From positions 1-47,230 of the forward strand of contig JAZNBI010000129.1 in assembly GCA_045586995.1 (NCBI GenBank): 47,230 nt of DNA, given 5' to 3'. Under the pieces are notes generated by a model, which did not search any database, had not been told where the DNA came from, and worked only from the letters and a program-made list of their open reading frames with translations. The stretch is from Eubacteriales bacterium (GTDB lineage: Bacteria; Bacillota; Clostridia; Oscillospirales; CAG-272). Below, piece after piece: positions 17,602-27,808 of the stretch (position 1 is its first letter; every line of letters starts with the position of its first letter). Position numbers and translations under genes: made by a program.

Positions 17602-18546
17602 ATGATGCTCTTTGACATTCATTGCGATACTGCGCATAGGATTTTTGAAAATCGTTCCTCTTTTATAAAAAATGAATACCATATTTCTTTAGAAAGAGTT
17701 GAACAATTTGATTTATATGTTCAAAATATGGCAATTTGGTGCGATAAAAAATATAGCGATGAAGAATGTTATTTGAATTTTTTTAAGACAAGAGATTTTT
17801 TTATAAAAGATTTTAAAAAGAGCCGTCCGGATTTTTCATTTTCTGCTAAAAAAAACGATCTTATAAACAATTTGTCTTCATATAAAAAAGCATTTATATT
17901 GTCCGTGGAGGATGCGCGATTGCTTTCAAACGATATAGAGCGTTTGCAGCATTTATATGACGCAGATATGCGTATATTGACACTCACATGGGCTGGAAAA
18001 AGCTGTATAGGTGGAGCATATGATACAAACTTCGGATTAACTTGCTTTGGTAAGGACGTTGTAAAAAGATGCTTTGAAATAGGTGTTATACCTGACATAT
18101 CACACGCATCTATAAAAACTTCATTTGATGTTTTTGAAATTGCAGAGCGTTATTCTAAAAGCGTTATTGCTACACATTCAAACTCATACTTTGTATATAA
18201 CCACAAAAGAAACCTCACCAACGAACAATTTGAAGCGATAAAAAAGTCGGGTGGGATTGTCGGAATAAGCTTGTGTCGTTCCCATTTGGGTGATGATAGC
18301 TTGGAGAATGTAAATACAAACCATATATTAAAACATATTGAGCACTATCTTTCTATCGGCGGTGAACATATGCTGGCGCTTGGATGTGACTTTGACGGTG
18401 CCGATTTGCCCGAAGATTTTACTTCGATATCCGATGTTTATAAAATTGCCAATTTGCTTGCTCGACAAAATTATTCCGAAGATTTAATAAACTCTGTTTT
18501 TTGGAAAAATGCATTGAATTTTTTTCAAAGATCTGAAATTATTTAA
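17602..18546 (+). CDS. Membrane dipeptidase family protein (peptidase M19)
   Basis: FDIHCDT N-terminal His/Asp metal motif, DISHAS and ATHSNS motifs characteristic of M19 dipeptidases. Confidence 0.8.
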   Translation: MMLFDIHCDTAHRIFENRSSFIKNEYHISLERVEQFDLYVQNMAIWCDKKYSDEECYLNFFKTRDFFIKDFKKSRPDFSFSAKKNDLINNLSSYKKAFILSVEDARLLSNDIERLQHLYDADMRILTLTWAGKSCIGGAYDTNFGLTCFGKDVVKRCFEIGVIPDISHASIKTSFDVFEIAERYSKSVIATHSNSYFVYNHKRNLTNEQFEAIKKSGGIVGISLCRSHLGDDSLENVNTNHILKHIEHYLSIGGEHMLALGCDFDGADLPEDFTSISDVYKIANLLARQNYSEDLINSVFWKNALNFFQRSEII

Positions 18547-18581
18547 TTTTTATATATCAAATCAGAAAGGACAAAACCAAA

Positions 18582-20066
18582 ATGATGTACAAAAGTACAA
18601 GGGATGTAAATGAATCTGTATTTTTCGGTGCAGATGTAATAAAGCAAGGAATTGCCTCGGACAACGGCCTCTTCGTTCCCGAAAGCTTCCCTTCTATAGA
18701 CTCTGAATATATTGAAGCTTTGATTCCCTTGAATTACGCTCAGAGGGCGGCTCAGATTCTTTCGCTCTATTTGACCGATTACAAAAAAGAGGTGCTTCTC
18801 AGATATTGTAACGAAGCATATTCCGAAAATTCCTTTGGAAAAAACGCCGCTCCTGTACGCGCTATTCACGACAATATTTATTCTTTAGAATTGTGGCATG
18901 GCCCCACATGCGCTTTTAAAGATATGGCGCTTCAAATTATGCCCAGATTGCTTTCAGGAGCAATTGAGAAAACTGCAGAGAAAAAAACGGCACTTATACT
19001 TGTAGCTACCTCGGGAGATACGGGAAAGGCAGCTCTCGAAGGATATCGTGATGTTGAACACACAAAAATAATGGTGTTTTATCCGGCTAACGGTGTCAGC
19101 GATATGCAAAAATTGCAAATGATAACTCAAGAAGGAAAAAACGTCAATGTTTGTGCAATAGACGGAAACTTTGATGATGCTCAGACAGGCGTCAAAAAAA
19201 TTTTTGCTGACTCTGCGATAAATAAAGCACTTTCTGATTCGGGATATTTTTTATCGAGCGCAAACTCTATCAACTGGGGACGTCTTGCACCGCAAATTGT
19301 ATACTATATTTCAGCTTATTGTGACCTTGTAAATGCAAAAAAAATCAAAAACGGAGAAAAAATAAACGTATGCGTTCCTACAGGAAATTTTGGTAATATT
19401 CTTGCGGGATTTATAGCAAAAAAAATGGGCTTGCCGATAAACCGTCTGGTCTGTGCTTCCAATTCTAACAATGTCCTTACTGATTTTTTGAATACGGGAT
19501 GCTATGATAAAAACCGTTCCTTTAAGCTTACGATTTCTCCGTCGATGGATATACTTATATCCAGCAACCTCGAAAGATTGTTATATTTTGTTTCCGATGC
19601 GGAAACGGTTTCAAGTTATATGAAATCTCTTGCCGAATGCGGTAAATATACGGTAAACTCGGATATTAAAAAAACTATTGACGAATCTTTCACAGGGCTT
19701 TATGCAAGCGAAGAAGAAACCAGAAGTACAATTAAAAATACTTTTGATAATTATAAATATCTTTGTGACACCCACACCGCTGTTGCGGTATCTTGCGCTG
19801 AAAGATATCTTAAAGAAAGCAATGAGTACAATATGCCGATGCTCGTTGTTTCCACTGCCAGCCCTTATAAGTTTGCCGCGGACGTATATTATTCTCTTAC
19901 AGAGAAGAATATAGACAATGCTCAAACCGCTCTTGAAGAACTGTCATCTCTTTCGGGCACCGAAATTCCAACGCCCTTAAAAGATCTTGAAAAGCGCAAT
20001 GTTGTTTTTGACGGAATTATAAATGTTGGAGATATGAGCAAAAAGGTTTGTGAATTTGCTAAATAA
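18582..20066 (+). CDS. thrC: Threonine synthase (long form)
   Basis: 494 aa with the PLP-lysine motif PTCAFKDMALQ and the ATSGDTGKAA loop. Confidence 0.93.
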   Translation: MMYKSTRDVNESVFFGADVIKQGIASDNGLFVPESFPSIDSEYIEALIPLNYAQRAAQILSLYLTDYKKEVLLRYCNEAYSENSFGKNAAPVRAIHDNIYSLELWHGPTCAFKDMALQIMPRLLSGAIEKTAEKKTALILVATSGDTGKAALEGYRDVEHTKIMVFYPANGVSDMQKLQMITQEGKNVNVCAIDGNFDDAQTGVKKIFADSAINKALSDSGYFLSSANSINWGRLAPQIVYYISAYCDLVNAKKIKNGEKINVCVPTGNFGNILAGFIAKKMGLPINRLVCASNSNNVLTDFLNTGCYDKNRSFKLTISPSMDILISSNLERLLYFVSDAETVSSYMKSLAECGKYTVNSDIKKTIDESFTGLYASEEETRSTIKNTFDNYKYLCDTHTAVAVSCAERYLKESNEYNMPMLVVSTASPYKFAADVYYSLTEKNIDNAQTALEELSSLSGTEIPTPLKDLEKRNVVFDGIINVGDMSKKVCEFAK

Positions 20067-20102
20067 AAAACACGGAGCATTTGTTTAATACAAACGCCCC
20101 GT
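20064..20102 (-). terminator. Intrinsic terminator of the DUF1540 gene (may also serve thrC)
   Basis: Minus strand reads ACGGGGCGTTTGT-ATTAA-ACAAATGCTCCGT followed by GTTTTTTATTT. The U-run overlaps the thrC stop codon. Confidence 0.7.
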
Positions 20103-20114
20103 ATCTAGACATTA

Positions 20115-20309
20115 TTACGACTTTGGTTTAAAGGTATCGCAAACCGTATCGGAACTGCAATCTGCAGAACACGGACCAACTGTTATGCATTCGGCCGTAC
20201 AATAACAATCGCCCTCGTGATAAGCACAGCTTCTTACGTTGCAGCTGATTCCTTTAATGTGTTTTGTATTGCATTTTTCGCTTGACTTATTTGTTTTGTT
20301 AGTATCCAT
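20115..20309 (-). CDS. DUF1540 domain-containing small Cys-rich protein
   Basis: 64 aa with 10 Cys. Motifs CNVRSCAYHEGDCYCTAECITVG and CSADCSSDTVCDTF match the repeated C-x-V-x-x-C-x-[YH] pattern of DUF1540. GGAGGG Shine-Dalgarno upstream. Confidence 0.8.
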   Translation of the reverse strand: MDTNKTNKSSEKCNTKHIKGISCNVRSCAYHEGDCYCTAECITVGPCSADCSSDTVCDTFKPKS

Positions 20310-20400
20310 ATTATCCCTCCTATTTTCTTTTGTACGATTATTATTTACCTGTTTCTTGAATTATATTCGGAGTTCCGATATCTCCGAGAAAGGAAAAACT

Positions 20401-21138
20401 ATGTCACTTTACGCCATTGCTGATTTGCATCTCTCGACAAATATAACCACAAATAAAAGTATGGATATTTTTGGGCCGCGCTGGAATGGCTACACTGAGA
20501 AATTACGCAAAAATTGGACGGCAGTTGTAAATCCAAGTGACAGTATAATCCTTCCCGGTGATATATCTTGGGCAATGACTTTAGAAGAAGCGGTTTCGGA
20601 TTTCAGGTTTTTAGATTCACTTCCGGGGAAGAAATATATCGGAAAAGGAAATCACGATTTTTGGTGGACAACGGCAAAAAAGCTTACAGATTTTTTTGAA
20701 ACCAATAATTTTAAAACCATTAAAATTTTATATAACAATGCCTGTATTCTTGATAACTGCGTTGTTTGTGGAACAAGAGGTTGGTTTTATGATGAAAAAA
20801 GTCAAAACACCGTAGGTGAAGCAAATTTTGAGAAAATCATAAATCGAGAGGCAATTCGTCTTGAAATGAGTCTTAAAGAAGCTCAAGCAATTCGAGGGGA
20901 TCTAAACATTCCGATAGTCGCATTCTTTCACTTCCCTGTTGTTTATGGTGATTTTTATTGTGAGCAATTTATAAATATACTTCATAAATATGGTGTTACC
21001 GAGTGTTATTACGGTCACATACACGGGAATTATTTTTTACCGCGCACAATAACTTTTGAAGGTATAACATTTACTATAATTTCAGCAGATTATCTAAATT
21101 TCTCCCCAATGCCTATTTTTCCGGGAGATAACTGGTAA
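20401..21138 (+). CDS. Metallophosphoesterase family protein
   Basis: Start at MSLYAIADLHLS (ATG 20401, AAAGGAAAA upstream). Calcineurin-like motifs DLH, GDISW, GNHDFW, GHIHG. The track's 20239 start is an over-extension that overlaps the DUF1540 gene. Confidence 0.85.
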   Translation: MSLYAIADLHLSTNITTNKSMDIFGPRWNGYTEKLRKNWTAVVNPSDSIILPGDISWAMTLEEAVSDFRFLDSLPGKKYIGKGNHDFWWTTAKKLTDFFETNNFKTIKILYNNACILDNCVVCGTRGWFYDEKSQNTVGEANFEKIINREAIRLEMSLKEAQAIRGDLNIPIVAFFHFPVVYGDFYCEQFINILHKYGVTECYYGHIHGNYFLPRTITFEGITFTIISADYLNFSPMPIFPGDNW

Positions 21139-21164
21139 TATAATACGAAAATTCGCGAAATCTA

Positions 21165-21193
21165 TTGACAAATTTAACAAAAAAAAGTAAAAT
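21165..21193 (+). promoter_or_regulatory. Sigma-A promoter candidate for tig(-clpP-clpX)
   Basis: TTGACA (21165-21170), a 17-nt spacer, then TAAAAT (21188-21193). Confidence 0.6.
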
Positions 21194-21226
21194 ATAATGT
21201 ATGCAATTTTTTTGGAGGAAAATAAA

Positions 21227-22603
21227 ATGCAATTGACAAAAAAAGAAAAGGTTGAAACAAACAAATACGAACTTCACATTTCGGTTGAAAAGGCAACCTT
21301 TGACGCAGCGATAGAAAAAGCTTATCGCAAACAGGTTAAAAAAATCAACGTTCCCGGCTTTAGAAAAGGTAAAGCACCCCGCAACATCATCGAAAAAATG
21401 TATGGCAAGGGCGTTTTCTATGAAGACGCTATCAACGATATCATCCCTTCTGCTTATGCCGATGCAGTTAAAGAAGCTGATATCAATCCGATTAGCCAAC
21501 CCGATTTTGACGTAGTATCGGTTGACGAAAACGGACTTGTACTTTCTGCAAAAGTTTATGTTAAGCCCGATGTAGAGATAAAGGATTATGTGGGAATTAA
21601 CGTTACAAAAACCGTTTCCCCTGTTACTGATGAAGAAATCGACAGAGAAATCGATATGGTAAGAAACAGAAACTCTCGTGAAATCGACGTAACAGATCGT
21701 GCTGCAGAATTGGGCGATACAACCGTTATTGATTTTGACGGTTCTGTTGACGGTGTTCCCTTTGACGGCGGAAAAGGTACGGACTATGCGCTTAAACTTG
21801 GTTCAGGACAATTCATTCCAGGATTTGAAGATCAAATCGTCGGCAAAAACATAGATGACGAATTTGATGTAAACGTTAAGTTCCCCGAAGATTATCATGC
21901 AAAAGAGCTTGCCGGAAAAGACGCTGTATTCAAAGTAAAAATTCACGCTATTACAAAGGTTGAACTTCCGGAATTAGATGATGAATTTGCAAAAGACATT
22001 TCGGAATTTAACACTTTTGATGAATACAAAAACGATTTAAAGGCAAAAATTGAAAAGAGACACGAGAACGAAGCATCTGCAAACGTTGATGAACAGCTCT
22101 TGTCCGCTCTTATTGATAAATTAGTAGCTGAAATTCCCGAACCTATGTTTGTCAATGAAACCGAAAACTTTGTAAGAGATTATGACAACAGACTTCGTAT
22201 GCAAGGGCTCGACCTTAATACATACTTCAAGTATACAGGGCTCGACCTTGACAAGCTTCGTGAACAATTCAGACCTCAAGCAGAACGCCAAGTAAAGGCA
22301 AGATTGGCGCTTGAAAAAATTGCTGAAATCGAAGCTATAGTACCCACTGATGCTGAGATCGAAGAAGAGTTTGCAAGTATCGCTTCTCAATACAATATTG
22401 AAGTTGAGCAAGTTAAAAGCAGCATCGATTATTCGGCAATAGCTGAGGATATGAAGGTTAAAAAAGCAATGGATTTTGTAAAGGAAAAGGCACTTATTAC
22501 CGAAAAAGCGCCAGAATCCGAGAAGAAAGAGAAAGCTGCAAAGAGCACTAAGACTTCTAAGAAGGCAAAGGAAGCAGCTCCTAAAACCGAGGAAAACAAT
22601 TAA
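21227..22603 (+). CDS. tig: Trigger factor
   Basis: MQLTKKEKVETNKYELHI start after a GGAGG Shine-Dalgarno. FKBP-type PPIase core (GDTTVIDFDGSVDGVPFDGGKG..LGSGQFIPGFEDQIVG). Ends in a Lys/Glu-rich tail of roughly 30 aa. Confidence 0.95.
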   Translation: MQLTKKEKVETNKYELHISVEKATFDAAIEKAYRKQVKKINVPGFRKGKAPRNIIEKMYGKGVFYEDAINDIIPSAYADAVKEADINPISQPDFDVVSVDENGLVLSAKVYVKPDVEIKDYVGINVTKTVSPVTDEEIDREIDMVRNRNSREIDVTDRAAELGDTTVIDFDGSVDGVPFDGGKGTDYALKLGSGQFIPGFEDQIVGKNIDDEFDVNVKFPEDYHAKELAGKDAVFKVKIHAITKVELPELDDEFAKDISEFNTFDEYKNDLKAKIEKRHENEASANVDEQLLSALIDKLVAEIPEPMFVNETENFVRDYDNRLRMQGLDLNTYFKYTGLDLDKLREQFRPQAERQVKARLALEKIAEIEAIVPTDAEIEEEFASIASQYNIEVEQVKSSIDYSAIAEDMKVKKAMDFVKEKALITEKAPESEKKEKAAKSTKTSKKAKEAAPKTEENN

Positions 22604-22643
22604 TTTTACATTATTTTGATGCAATTTATTTTTGGAGGTAAAT

Positions 22644-23255
22644 ATGAATAATCGTTTTGGCGTTATGAATGATGCTCTTGTACCAATGGTGGTAGAGCAA
22701 ACCAGCCGCGGAGAACGTTCTTTTGATATTTTTTCGCGTCTTCTTAATGACCGTATAATATTCTTGTCTGATGAAGTTAATGATACCACAGCATCTCTTG
22801 TTGTGGCGCAAATGTTATTTCTCGAAGCACAGGATCCCGACAAAGATATTGCATTCTATATCAATAGCCCCGGGGGATCGGTTTCTGCCGGAATGGCTAT
22901 TTATGACACTATGAATTTTGTAAAATGTGATGTTTCAACAATATGTATAGGTATGGCAGCAAGCATGGGAGCTTTTTTGCTATCCTCCGGGGCTAAAGGA
23001 AAGCGGTTTGCCCTTCCCAACAGTCTTATTATGATACATCAGCCGATCGGCGGAACTCGCGGTCAGGCAACGGATATCAAGATCCAAGCGGATTTGATTC
23101 TTCGCACTCGTGATACCCTTAACAGAATATTATCAAACAACACCGGTAAGCCGATCGAGCAGATCGCAAAAGACACCGAAAGAGATAATTATATGACATC
23201 TCCCGAAGCACTTGAATATGGATTGATTGATAAAATTTTCGAAAAAAGGGTATAA
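22644..23255 (+). CDS. clpP: ATP-dependent Clp protease proteolytic subunit
   Basis: [19 protein letters not shown], catalytic Ser in [11 protein letters not shown] and His in MIHQP. ATG 22644 follows a TGGAGGT Shine-Dalgarno. Confidence 0.96.
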   Translation: MNNRFGVMNDALVPMVVEQTSRGERSFDIFSRLLNDRIIFLSDEVNDTTASLVVAQMLFLEAQDPDKDIAFYINSPGGSVSAGMAIYDTMNFVKCDVSTICIGMAASMGAFLLSSGAKGKRFALPNSLIMIHQPIGGTRGQATDIKIQADLILRTRDTLNRILSNNTGKPIEQIAKDTERDNYMTSPEALEYGLIDKIFEKRV

Positions 23256-23276
23256 ATTTTGAAAGGGTAATGACTT

Positions 23277-24560
23277 ATGCCTAACGATAACAACCACAGA
23301 AATGCTACTCAATATTGTGCCTTTTGCGGAAGAAATGAGAATCAGGTGAATTTTCTTATTCCCTCACCTACCGGTCTTTATATTTGCGATTTTTGTCTTG
23401 AAACCTGCGAGCAGCTGATCTATGAAAATACTCAACACGAAACATCATTTGATAAGCTATCGTTAAACTCTCTCCCTAAGCCATCGGAAATAAAAAACAC
23501 TCTTGACGAATATGTCATTGGTCAAGACGATGCCAAAATTGTTCTTTCCGTTGCAGTTTACAACCATTATAAGCGAGTTCTTTCAAAAGCATCGAACGCT
23601 AAAAAAGAAGATAAAGGCACCGAAAAAGAAAATGTCGAGCTTCAAAAGAGTAATGTGTTGCTTTTAGGACCTACCGGGGTAGGAAAAACATACCTTGCTC
23701 AGACTCTTGCGAAAGCACTTCAGGTTCCATTTGCAATTGCAGATGCAACTACCCTGACCGAAGCAGGTTATGTGGGAGAAGATGTCGAAAATATTCTTTT
23801 ACGCTTAATACAAGCTGCAGATTATGATATTGAACTTGCTGAAAGAGGAATTATTTATATCGATGAAATAGATAAAATTTCCCGTAAAAGCGAAAATCGC
23901 TCTATAACTCGAGATGTTTCGGGCGAAGGCGTTCAACAAGCACTCTTAAAAATTCTCGAGGGCACAGTTTCAAATGTTCCTCCTCAGGGCGGTCGTAAAC
24001 ATCCAAATCAAGAATTTATACAAATAAATACAGAAAATATTCTGTTTATTTGTGGCGGTGCTTTTGATGGACTCGAAAAAATAATTGCAAAACGCGGTAG
24101 CAATCAAGTTGTTGGATTTAATAGTGATATAAAAAAGAAAAGCGAACGACACGATACCGATATATTTAAAGAAGCAATTCCCCATGATATCGTAAAATTC
24201 GGATTGATTCCGGAGCTTGTCGGACGTATACCTGTTATGGTTTCGTTGAACGAATTAGACAAGGAATCGCTGGTCAAAATTCTAAAAGAACCAAAAAGCT
24301 CACTTATAAAGCAATATATCAAGCTGTTTGAATTGGACGGTGTTAAATTGACCTTTGACGACTCAGCTTTGGAAGCGATTGCCGATATGGCACTCGAAAG
24401 AAATACCGGTGCGAGAGGTCTTCGCTCGATTATGGAAAAGGTCATGTTAAAAACAATGTACGAAATCCCTTCAAGGAGCGATGTTAAAGAGGTTATCATA
24501 ACAGACGCTTGCGTCAGAGAAACCAAACCGCCGATATATATTCTTAAAGAAGCTGTTTAA
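23277..24560 (+). CDS. clpX: ATP-dependent Clp protease ATP-binding subunit ClpX
   Basis: N-terminal zinc finger CAFCGR...CDFC, Walker A GPTGVGKT, Walker [10 protein letters not shown]. Confidence 0.97.
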   Translation: MPNDNNHRNATQYCAFCGRNENQVNFLIPSPTGLYICDFCLETCEQLIYENTQHETSFDKLSLNSLPKPSEIKNTLDEYVIGQDDAKIVLSVAVYNHYKRVLSKASNAKKEDKGTEKENVELQKSNVLLLGPTGVGKTYLAQTLAKALQVPFAIADATTLTEAGYVGEDVENILLRLIQAADYDIELAERGIIYIDEIDKISRKSENRSITRDVSGEGVQQALLKILEGTVSNVPPQGGRKHPNQEFIQINTENILFICGGAFDGLEKIIAKRGSNQVVGFNSDIKKKSERHDTDIFKEAIPHDIVKFGLIPELVGRIPVMVSLNELDKESLVKILKEPKSSLIKQYIKLFELDGVKLTFDDSALEAIADMALERNTGARGLRSIMEKVMLKTMYEIPSRSDVKEVIITDACVRETKPPIYILKEAV

Positions 24561-24569
24561 AGATCAAAT

Positions 24570-24617
24570 AACAAAAGCAAGCAAGAACAATTTTTAGTGT
24601 TCTCGCTTGCTTTTGTT
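24570..24617. terminator. Terminator hairpin between convergent clpX and cdd
   Basis: AACAAAAGCAAGC..AGAACA pairs with TGTTCT..GCTTGCTTTTGTT (about 19 bp, one mismatch). The U-runs are imperfect. Confidence 0.65.
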
Positions 24618-24625
24618 ATAAAAAA

Positions 24626-25066
24626 TTATAGTTGAGATTTAGAAAATGCAAACGGTAAAAGTTCAGCTAAAGTTAAAACCTTAATTTCTTTACCATTTGT
24701 AAGAACAATCGAGAAATCTTCAGTACAAAATTCCTGCATAACTTGACGGCAAGCTCCGCACGGAAATGCAAAATCCAAGGTGGTAATCCTTTCGATATTA
24801 TCAAAGCTCACAGCTCGTTTTCCACCAACAACAGCGATTGCCTTAAAGCTTTTATGTCCTTCGGAAATTGCTTTAAAAAACGCAGTTCTTTCGGCGCAAC
24901 AGGTCACGGAGAACGAGGAGTTTTCGATATTGCACCCCAAATAAATTTCATCATTTGACGTTAGCAACGCCGCTCCAACATTATATTTTGAATACGGAGC
25001 ATATGATTTTTTCATAGCATCAAACGCCTTTTCAAGTAAATTTTTAGCCGTAGAATTATCTATCAT
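24626..25066 (-). CDS. cdd: Cytidine deaminase
   Basis: Zinc-ligand motifs CAERTA and PCGACRQ; 146 aa, the homotetrameric type. Confidence 0.93.
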   Translation of the reverse strand: MIDNSTAKNLLEKAFDAMKKSYAPYSKYNVGAALLTSNDEIYLGCNIENSSFSVTCCAERTAFFKAISEGHKSFKAIAVVGGKRAVSFDNIERITTLDFAFPCGACRQVMQEFCTEDFSIVLTNGKEIKVLTLAELLPFAFSKSQL

Positions 25067-26226
25067 AAACCAATCTCCTTAGCAAAGCTTTTACCCGCGC
25101 AGTCATTTTCTACATCAAAAATATCACAAACAGTTTTAGAAACATCCGCAAACGTATCTCTGATACCCAAATTTACACATTTACATTTTTTTGAATATAC
25201 AATAAGCGGTACATCTTCTCTGGTATGGTCGGTCGAGGAAAAACCGGGATCGCATCCATGATCTGCCGTTACAATAAGCAAATCATCCTCGTTCATTTTA
25301 TAAATAAATTCAGGAAGCCACTCATCAAATTCTGTAAGTGCTGCAGCATAGCCATCGATATCATTACGATGACCGTACAGCATATCAAAATCCACAAGAT
25401 TTGCAAAGCATAGTCCGCAAAACGTTTTATCTTGAAGTTTTAAAAGCGCATCCATTCCTTCGCGATTGTTGTGGGTGTGAATAGAATCGGTTATACCGCT
25501 TCCAACAAAAATATCGCTTATTTTCCCAATTCCGATAACATCATATTTGTTGTCACATAAAAAGTTCAACATAGTGGGACGCGGCGGCTCAACAGAAAAG
25601 TCGCGTCTGTTTTCCGTTCTTTTATAGTTACCGGAGCTTCCAATAAAAGGTCTTGCAATTACTCGTCCGACTGCATTATCATCTTTAAGAATAGTGCGTG
25701 CTATTTTACAATATTCATACAACATCTCCACCGGAACGACATCCTCGTGCGCCGCTATTTGAAAGACGCTGTCTGCAGAAGTATATACGATAAGATCTCC
25801 GCTTTTAACATGATTATCTCCATAATCTCTGATTGCATCTGTTCCCGAATAAGGTCGGTTGCAAAGCACGCCTCTTCCCGTTTTTTCTGAGAATTCCTTT
25901 AAAATGCAGTCGGAAAATCCATTCGGATAGGTAGGCATCGCTTTTTTTGACACTATACCGGCGATCTCCCAATGCCCTATTGTGGTGTCTTTTCCTGCGG
26001 ATTTCTCCACCATCCTTCCGAAAGAAGCAATAGGAGCTTCAACTTTTCCTAAAAATGATAATCCGTCGATATTTCCTATGCCCATTTGGGCAAGTGTTAT
26101 AAGATTCAGCTTACTTGAAGACGCCAATGATTTCAACGTATGAGCCCCTTCGTCACCAAAATGTGCTGCGTCGGGTGCCGCGCCTGCTCCAACGCTATCT
26201 AATACAATAAGAAAAATTCGCTTCAT
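25063..26226 (-). CDS. deoB: Phosphopentomutase
   Basis: MKRIFLIVLDSVGAG N-terminus and the TADHGCDP motif. Its stop overlaps the cdd start by 4 nt. Confidence 0.95.
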   Translation of the reverse strand: MKRIFLIVLDSVGAGAAPDAAHFGDEGAHTLKSLASSSKLNLITLAQMGIGNIDGLSFLGKVEAPIASFGRMVEKSAGKDTTIGHWEIAGIVSKKAMPTYPNGFSDCILKEFSEKTGRGVLCNRPYSGTDAIRDYGDNHVKSGDLIVYTSADSVFQIAAHEDVVPVEMLYEYCKIARTILKDDNAVGRVIARPFIGSSGNYKRTENRRDFSVEPPRPTMLNFLCDNKYDVIGIGKISDIFVGSGITDSIHTHNNREGMDALLKLQDKTFCGLCFANLVDFDMLYGHRNDIDGYAAALTEFDEWLPEFIYKMNEDDLLIVTADHGCDPGFSSTDHTREDVPLIVYSKKCKCVNLGIRDTFADVSKTVCDIFDVENDCAGKSFAKEIGL

Positions 26227-26254
26227 ATCTCACCTCGTTTACTGTAAAAACAAA

Positions 26255-26992
26255 TTATTTTTTGTGAATACTAACTGCTGTATTAAGCGCAATTTCCATC
26301 ATTTGAATAAAAGAATTCTGTCTTTCTTCGGATGATGTTGCTTCTCCCGTAAGAATATGGTCAGAAATAGTACACATTGCGAGTGCAGATTTTCCTGCTC
26401 GCGCGGCATTCATATAGAGAGCAGCGGCCTCCATCTCAATCGCCATAATTCCCATTTTTGCCCATTTCGAATTATCACTTTTATCATCATTATAAAAATT
26501 GTCAGACGAAAGAAGATTTCCTACATGATAGGTTGCATTTACTTTTTCCGCTTCGACAATGGCTGTTTGCAAAAGCTTATAATCGGCAATAGGCGCAAAT
26601 ATTCCGTTAAGCCCGAATTGCGAGCCGTATGCAGAGTTTGTTGATGCACCCATTCCAAACACTATATCTCTAATCTTAACATTTTCATTTAAGGATCCGG
26701 CAGATCCAATTCTTATAATATTCTCAACTTCAAAAAAATTAAAAAGCTCATATGAATATATTCCAATAGATGGCATCCCCATCCCGCTCGCCATAACCGA
26801 AACAGGTACTCCTTTATATTCACCCGTATATCCGTGAATTCCGCGCACATTGTTTACAAGTTTCGGAGAATCCAAAAAGGTTTCTGCAATAAATTTTGCC
26901 CTTAAGGGATCTCCCGGCATTAGCACCGTTTTAGAAAAATCCTTGGGTGCTGCGGCAATGTGTGGCGTAGGATATAAATTATTTTTCGACAT
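26255..26992 (-). CDS. deoD: Purine nucleoside phosphorylase, DeoD type
   Basis: PTPHI...VLMPGDPLRAKFIAETFL and MASGMGMPSIGIYSYEL motifs of hexameric PNP. Confidence 0.93.
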   Translation of the reverse strand: MSKNNLYPTPHIAAAPKDFSKTVLMPGDPLRAKFIAETFLDSPKLVNNVRGIHGYTGEYKGVPVSVMASGMGMPSIGIYSYELFNFFEVENIIRIGSAGSLNENVKIRDIVFGMGASTNSAYGSQFGLNGIFAPIADYKLLQTAIVEAEKVNATYHVGNLLSSDNFYNDDKSDNSKWAKMGIMAIEMEAAALYMNAARAGKSALAMCTISDHILTGEATSSEERQNSFIQMMEIALNTAVSIHKK

Positions 26993-27008
26993 ATATTTGC
27001 TCCGTTCT

Positions 27009-27665
27009 TTAATTATTTTGATTTTTTACAATTTTAACGATTGAGCTTGTTCCCAAACGAGTAGCTCCTGCTTTTATAAACGCCTCTGCATCTTCTAATG
27101 TGCGAATACCACCTGCTGCTTTAATTTTTAAATTATCGGTAATATTCGAAGCAAAAAGCTCGACATCCTGCAAAGTAGCACCTCCCTTTGAAAATCCTGT
27201 AGATGTTTTGATAAAATCAGCGCCCGAATTAGAAACAATTCTGCACATTTCAATTTTTTCGATGTCTGTGAGCAAACAGGTTTCAATAATAACCTTTAAT
27301 ATTTTGCCCTCAGTCGCTTTTCTCACTTCACATATTTCATTAAATAAAGCGTCATAGCGTTTATCTTTAAGCCACCCGATATTTATAACCATATCAATCT
27401 CATCCGCACCGTTTTCGATTGCGTTTCTCGCTTCAAAACACTTTACCTCGGTAGTGGAATATCCATTAGGAAATCCGATTACGGTACAAATGGCAATTTG
27501 TCCTTTTGAATATTTTTTTGCCTCACTTACATAAGACGATGGTATGCAAACCGAAGCTGTACCATACTTTATGCCATCATCACAAATTGTATGTATCTGT
27601 TCGAGAGTTGCATCAGGTGCAAGCAAGGTATGGTCAACCATCGAAAGAATTTGTTTCTTTTTCAT
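27009..27665 (-). CDS. deoC: Deoxyribose-phosphate aldolase
   Basis: Class I aldolase with the Schiff-base Lys context FIKTSTGF. First gene of the deoC-deoD-deoB-cdd operon. Confidence 0.93.
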   Translation of the reverse strand: MKKKQILSMVDHTLLAPDATLEQIHTICDDGIKYGTASVCIPSSYVSEAKKYSKGQIAICTVIGFPNGYSTTEVKCFEARNAIENGADEIDMVINIGWLKDKRYDALFNEICEVRKATEGKILKVIIETCLLTDIEKIEMCRIVSNSGADFIKTSTGFSKGGATLQDVELFASNITDNLKIKAAGGIRTLEDAEAFIKAGATRLGTSSIVKIVKNQNN

Positions 27666-27743
27666 ATCTTCTCTTCCTTTTTATTTATCAATTTTGCAAT
27701 ATCCGCCAATTGTTCGCGATCATCAGCACTATACTTCCTTTTC

Positions 27744-27779
27744 TAAAAAGTGCCGGAAGGTCTTTCGGCATTCCGGCAT
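27744..27779 (-). terminator. Intrinsic terminator after rluD
   Basis: Minus strand reads TGCCGGAA-12 nt-TTCCGGCA followed by CTTTTTAG. Confidence 0.7.
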
Positions 27780-27808
27780 TTGCATAAAAGATATCAACGC
27801 CGACGATA

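Noticed and set aside
20239-20400. N-terminal extension of the metallophosphoesterase ORF
   Set aside because: It overlaps the DUF1540 gene on the opposite strand. The conserved domain begins at MSLYAIADLHL (20401), which has its own Shine-Dalgarno.
22495-22603. Lys/Glu-rich C-terminal extension of trigger factor as a possible fused domain
   Set aside because: It is a low-complexity KE-rich tail in frame with tig. There is no separate start or motif, so it is probably just a disordered tail.
22604-22643. CtsR operator or CIRCE element upstream of clpP
   Set aside because: The 40-nt spacer contains no GGTCAAA direct repeat and no CIRCE inverted repeat. clpP appears to be co-transcribed with tig.
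22121-22843. 240-aa ORF on the minus strand spanning the tig 3' end and the clpP 5' end
   Set aside because: It is antisense to two very well-supported genes. Its Phe/Leu/Ser/Cys-rich, low-complexity translation is what antisense reading of Lys/Glu-rich codons produces. It has no Shine-Dalgarno and no recognisable motifs.
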